64,000 nt of DNA from Azolla caroliniana (lineage: Eukaryota > Plantae > Polypodiophyta). The stretch lies in assembly GCA_043228905.1 (NCBI GenBank), contig JBHGNT010000002.1, positions 13,206,001-13,270,000 of the forward strand, in the 5' to 3' direction. Each line of letters opens with the position of its first letter. Within the stretch, counting starts at the first letter, position 1. Below the pieces are notes generated by a model that worked only from the letters and a program-made list of their open reading frames with translations, ran no database searches and was not told where the DNA came from. The position numbers were made by a program, and so were the translations under genes. Below are positions 60,139 through 64,000 of the stretch, one piece after another.

Positions 60139-63100
60139 GGGCTAAAACCACGAGCTGAAACCATGGGCTAAAACCATGGTTTTGTGCCCACGTTTCTATA
60201 TGTTTGCTTCCTACAAAAGACTGAATATCAAAAGAAAATATACAAAATTTAAAGCACTCAGTAGTGGCTTTAGTGGTAAGTTTCCTATCTTGGAGGTGCA
60301 AGGTTCAAGCCTTGCTTCCACCCCTATGTATGCACTTAAATGTTACTAGGCTTTAGTCTTATTTTTATATTTACGATTGAGCGCACATCACACGTGCACA
60401 TGTTTAACTTTACATCTAGCTTTTCTTTTAGGATTCTCATTTTAGTCCGATTTACAACATGCTAGCATATGTGTGTGGCCTTAACCCCTTTCACATGTGC
60501 ACATTGCACCTTCATGATTTCGTTCATTGCACACAATTTTCACATCGTTGCCGAAAATCTTCTCGACATCCACCCCCACCAAACCGCACGTCTTCTGGTA
60601 TGTGCCAAGAAGAGAGAGTGTGAGATTTTGGCTACGGTGATCGTTACAATTCCTCCATTTCAAGCATGTCTATTCCTTTCACTCGAACCATTATCGCTAC
60701 CCAATCCACCATATCATTCGCTCATTCTTTGATTTACTATGACCAGTTGTTATGGCCCCTTGTTCTCCTTCCGAGCACAACTGTTTAGGCTTTATGCATG
60801 TTCCACCTTCGTTCCGACCATCTCCTTGGTCAAGGCAGTTTGACCCATCATGCAGTTTTGTTTTCGGTCTTCCTCCACAAGTTATTATTTCAATAATGGC
60901 ATTGAATACCCCATGTAGTATCTTCAAGTGTATGCCCACGTCGAGATCCTTACGCGACCATTTTTCATGCTTCCCACTTCGTCCATCTTTGTGGTTTCTT
61001 CTTACGTCAGAGTTCTCCATTGATTCCTCGATCTTAATGATAGTGTTTGCCTTCAAGTTGAATGTTACATCAATATCTTGAGGAATACCCTTTAAATCTT
61101 CTTGGTCCAATTGGCCCTCGTCTTTTTTTGTTGTGCTTTGCTTGGCCTCTTTTCCCCACACATCAGCTTCGACCCTTGCTTCCTCGTCATCACTGTCCTT
61201 CTCTTGGTTCTTACATCACTTAATGCCTAAGTCTCCAGAACGAGTATGAAGAGATCCATATGTATTTGTCGGCCATGCCCCGACATCATTATTTGCGTTG
61301 GCTTGAACCTTTGCTTCCCTGCCATCACCTTCTGTCTCTTGGGTCTCACGTTGGCTTTGAACCACAACTGCCCAAGTCTCTAGAACATGTGCGAAGGATT
61401 CCATTTGTCTTTGGTCAATCGCCTTCAACACCTTTGACTTGATGTCATCTTTCACATTAGATTAGAACTCCCCCTTACAACCACCTTCCATCTCTTGGGT
61501 CTCACGTTGGCTTTCTGCAACTGCCCAAGTCTCTTGAACTTGTGTGAAGGAATTCTTGACGCGGCCACCTACCATTAATTCTTCCATAGCCACCTTTGAC
61601 TCGATGTCATTTTTCGTGGCTATCTCTTCAATCTCATGGGCCTCGTACCCATTGACCTTCTTGATTGAGCAAGCTTCGATTATGCTTCTCTCTTCGTCGC
61701 ATGTATTTGTTTCGACCTTCGGCTCCTCGCCGACACCTTCCGTCTCTTGGGTTTCAAGTTGTCTTTTGGACGCAACTGCCCAAGTCTCTGGAGCATGTGT
61801 GGAGAAAATCCGTCCATGGTTGTTGTAGACGCTTGTTGTCTTGTTCATAGTCACCTCCTCGATGTCTTCTTTAGCAGCTAAATCCTCAATTACACTAGCC
61901 TCGCACTCTTTATCTCCATTGATGCAAGCTTCAATTAGGCTTGCTCCTTCATCATCCGATGTTTCGAACACGATGCGCGTTCTGAAACATTCATCCTCCC
62001 TCGAAGTGGCCTTCTCCGTCCTCGAGTCATCATCAATCTTCTTTTCATGTAGGTTGCTTTGTTTAGGCGGCTTGACTTCTTTAGGTGGTCTTGATGTTTC
62101 TACGCTTGGCCTTACCAAGTCAATGCCATCAAGCCATTGATGATGCCTGTCGATCTTGTTGCATGCTCGCTTCACCGCACCCCAGTCCGCCACAAACCCA
62201 TTCGCTTGGGTATCATCTTCGAGTAGAGTCCCCAATTCTCCTCTATCCTTCATATCCACAGCCTTTAGGAAGTACAAAGTTTTGTCCTCCTCAAGTAGCA
62301 CTTGGTTTGTGGCGGGGAGACGATGAAACATTTGGTCGAACTCGTCATACACCCTCGAAGCACTCATCCTCTTATTTTTCTTTTCTATCCCCTTCATCAA
62401 GGCATGTCGAGTCATCCTTGACAAATCTTCCGTTGCGAACTCCGCTAATATCTCTTTCTCAAACACCGACCACGTTGTCTTCCCTTCTTGAAGTTCGATG
62501 ACGCGCCTTTGGATGTTGTTGGAGACCACTCTCTTCAAACTCGTGATTTGACACACTTCAGACATGTCCCTATGATTCATCTCCCTTCTGCATGCATCAA
62601 GGAACTTTGTAATGTTTCTTCCATCAAATTGACCCTCAAGCTCCACGACACGGTCGACGGCCTTCTCTACGCTCGCATCGTTGTCTCGGGATCTCATCAT
62701 TTGTTCGACGATCAACATCATTCTTTCGTACTCCCCCACTTGATTGCTTGAGGATGCCATCTCCAAATATTGGTCGATCCTCGTCTTGATCCTTCCTACT
62801 GCTTCTTCATGTCGGGTTCACCAAGTAAGATGTTGAGGAAATCCTCGTGTGTTCGCGAAATGAAGCGGGACCACCGGAGTCCTGGACTAGAAGGATTCGA
62901 TGTTTTTAGTAGCGTAAGCGAGAAAGTATTGAAGAAAGATAGATGGATGAAGAGAGAGAGACATTGAGATAGAGATTGAACCCTTGACTTTGGTTTTACA
63001 AGACAAGATACATCACCATTAGGATAACTCGGATCTTTAATTAAAAGTTTCTTTTTTACTTGCATCACTTGCCTCCTTACGCAAGCCCAACTATAGGCTT

Positions 63101-63573
63101 TTATAGGTCTCTCCATGCAAAAACCATGGGCTAAAACCATGAGTTGAAACCATGGGCTAAAACCACGGGCTAAAACCATGGTTTTGTACCCATGTTTCTA
63201 TATGTTTGCTTCCTACAAAATACTAAATATGAAAAGAAAATATACAAATTTTAAAGCACTCGGTAATGCCTTTAGTGGTAAGTTAATTTGTCTCCTATCT
63301 TGGAAGTGGAAGGTTCAAGCCTTGTTTCCACCCCTATGTATGCACTTAAATGTTACTAGACTTTAGTCTTATGTTTATATTTATGATTGAGTGCACATCA
63401 CACGTGCACATGTTTAACTTTACATCTAGCTTTTCTTTTAGGATTCTCATTTCAGTCCTATTTACAACATGCTAGCATATGTGTGTGGCCTTCACCCCTT
63501 TCACACATGCACATTGCACCTTCACAATCTGTTGCACACAATTTTCACACCGTTGCCGAAAATGTTCATGACA
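60139..63573 (-). mobile_element. Gypsy-5: non-autonomous gag-only element of the Gypsy-2 group
   Basis: 5' LTR 62831-63573, tRNA-Trp PBS 62807-62823, PPT 60569-60589 and truncated 3' LTR 60139-60568. No pol motifs in the 2.26-kb internal region. Confidence 0.85.
60697..62766 (-). pseudogene. Gag N-terminal domain fused to an acidic repetitive tail
   Basis: ORF 61462-62766 N-terminus is very similar to Gypsy-2 gag (MEMASSSNQ..). ETWAV..Q.ETQE.EG repeats continue in 61216-61455, followed by 60697-61161. Confidence 0.75.
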
Positions 63574-64000
63574 CCGCTCTAGGGCTTCTTGTGCTTGGCG
63601 TAGTTCTCGAATTGCGTCCTGATCCGGTTCCTCACCGGCATCATCTAGGTGCACGATATATGGGGAGACCGCTTTGACAACGTCTACTTCAAATAGAGGG
63701 ATTATCTTTGGGTTCACCTCAAGGTATCGATCTACTTCTTCATCGGCAAGCCCTTCCAGCATGTTCACGCTTTCGACATACAACGGTGTTAGTTCCTTGT
63801 TTGGGCCTGCACGGGGTTGTGTTGGTACTTTCACCTTAGTTTTCCCTCTTCGGAACGTAATATTGTTCTTCTGCCAGTTTTGTTTAATATGAGCAGTTCG
63901 TAACTATGGTCGTCCCAACAATAGAGGATATGCTCCTTGCGCATTCAACTGGAGGGCCACCGCAGAAATCCGGAAGGCATGGCCTCCTATTGTCACTTCC
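63574..64000 (-). mobile_element. Pol fragment of the Gypsy-1 family (target of Gypsy-5; runs off the right edge)
   Basis: PLYVESVNMLEGLADEEVDRYLEVNPKIIPLFEVD matches PLYAEGVHMLDGLADEEVDDFLEDHPTIIPLFEIN in ORF 1880-3910. Confidence 0.85.

Overview
Eukaryotic plant genomic DNA, very rich in transposons. The Tcn1-like chromovirus and fungal-like Gypsy families suggest a non-seed plant; that is inference only. The one clear host gene is an intact 6-exon ABCI19/ABCI21-like ABC ATPase (31448-34167, +). The rest is a nest of mobile elements: two full-length Copia elements with LTRs and TSDs, several Gypsy elements and solo LTRs (a tRNA-Trp-primed group that inserts at CCGG, and a probably self-priming chromovirus), a Copia LTR amplified into six tandem units, and an L1-type LINE. 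The LINE is split by a 13.2-kb DNA transposon (38785-51980; 26-bp GGG..CCC TIRs, 4-bp TSD CTAC). This element encodes an uninterrupted 3-exon Sola2-like transposase and, convergently, a 6-exon coiled-coil/RING-H2 cargo gene, plus a probable captured Urb2 fragment and AGTAC-rich satellites inside introns. A second notable pattern: tRNA-like Pol III A/B-box modules lie antisense in the U3 of LTRs from two unrelated Gypsy lineages. All family calls come from motif recognition by eye, not database searches.
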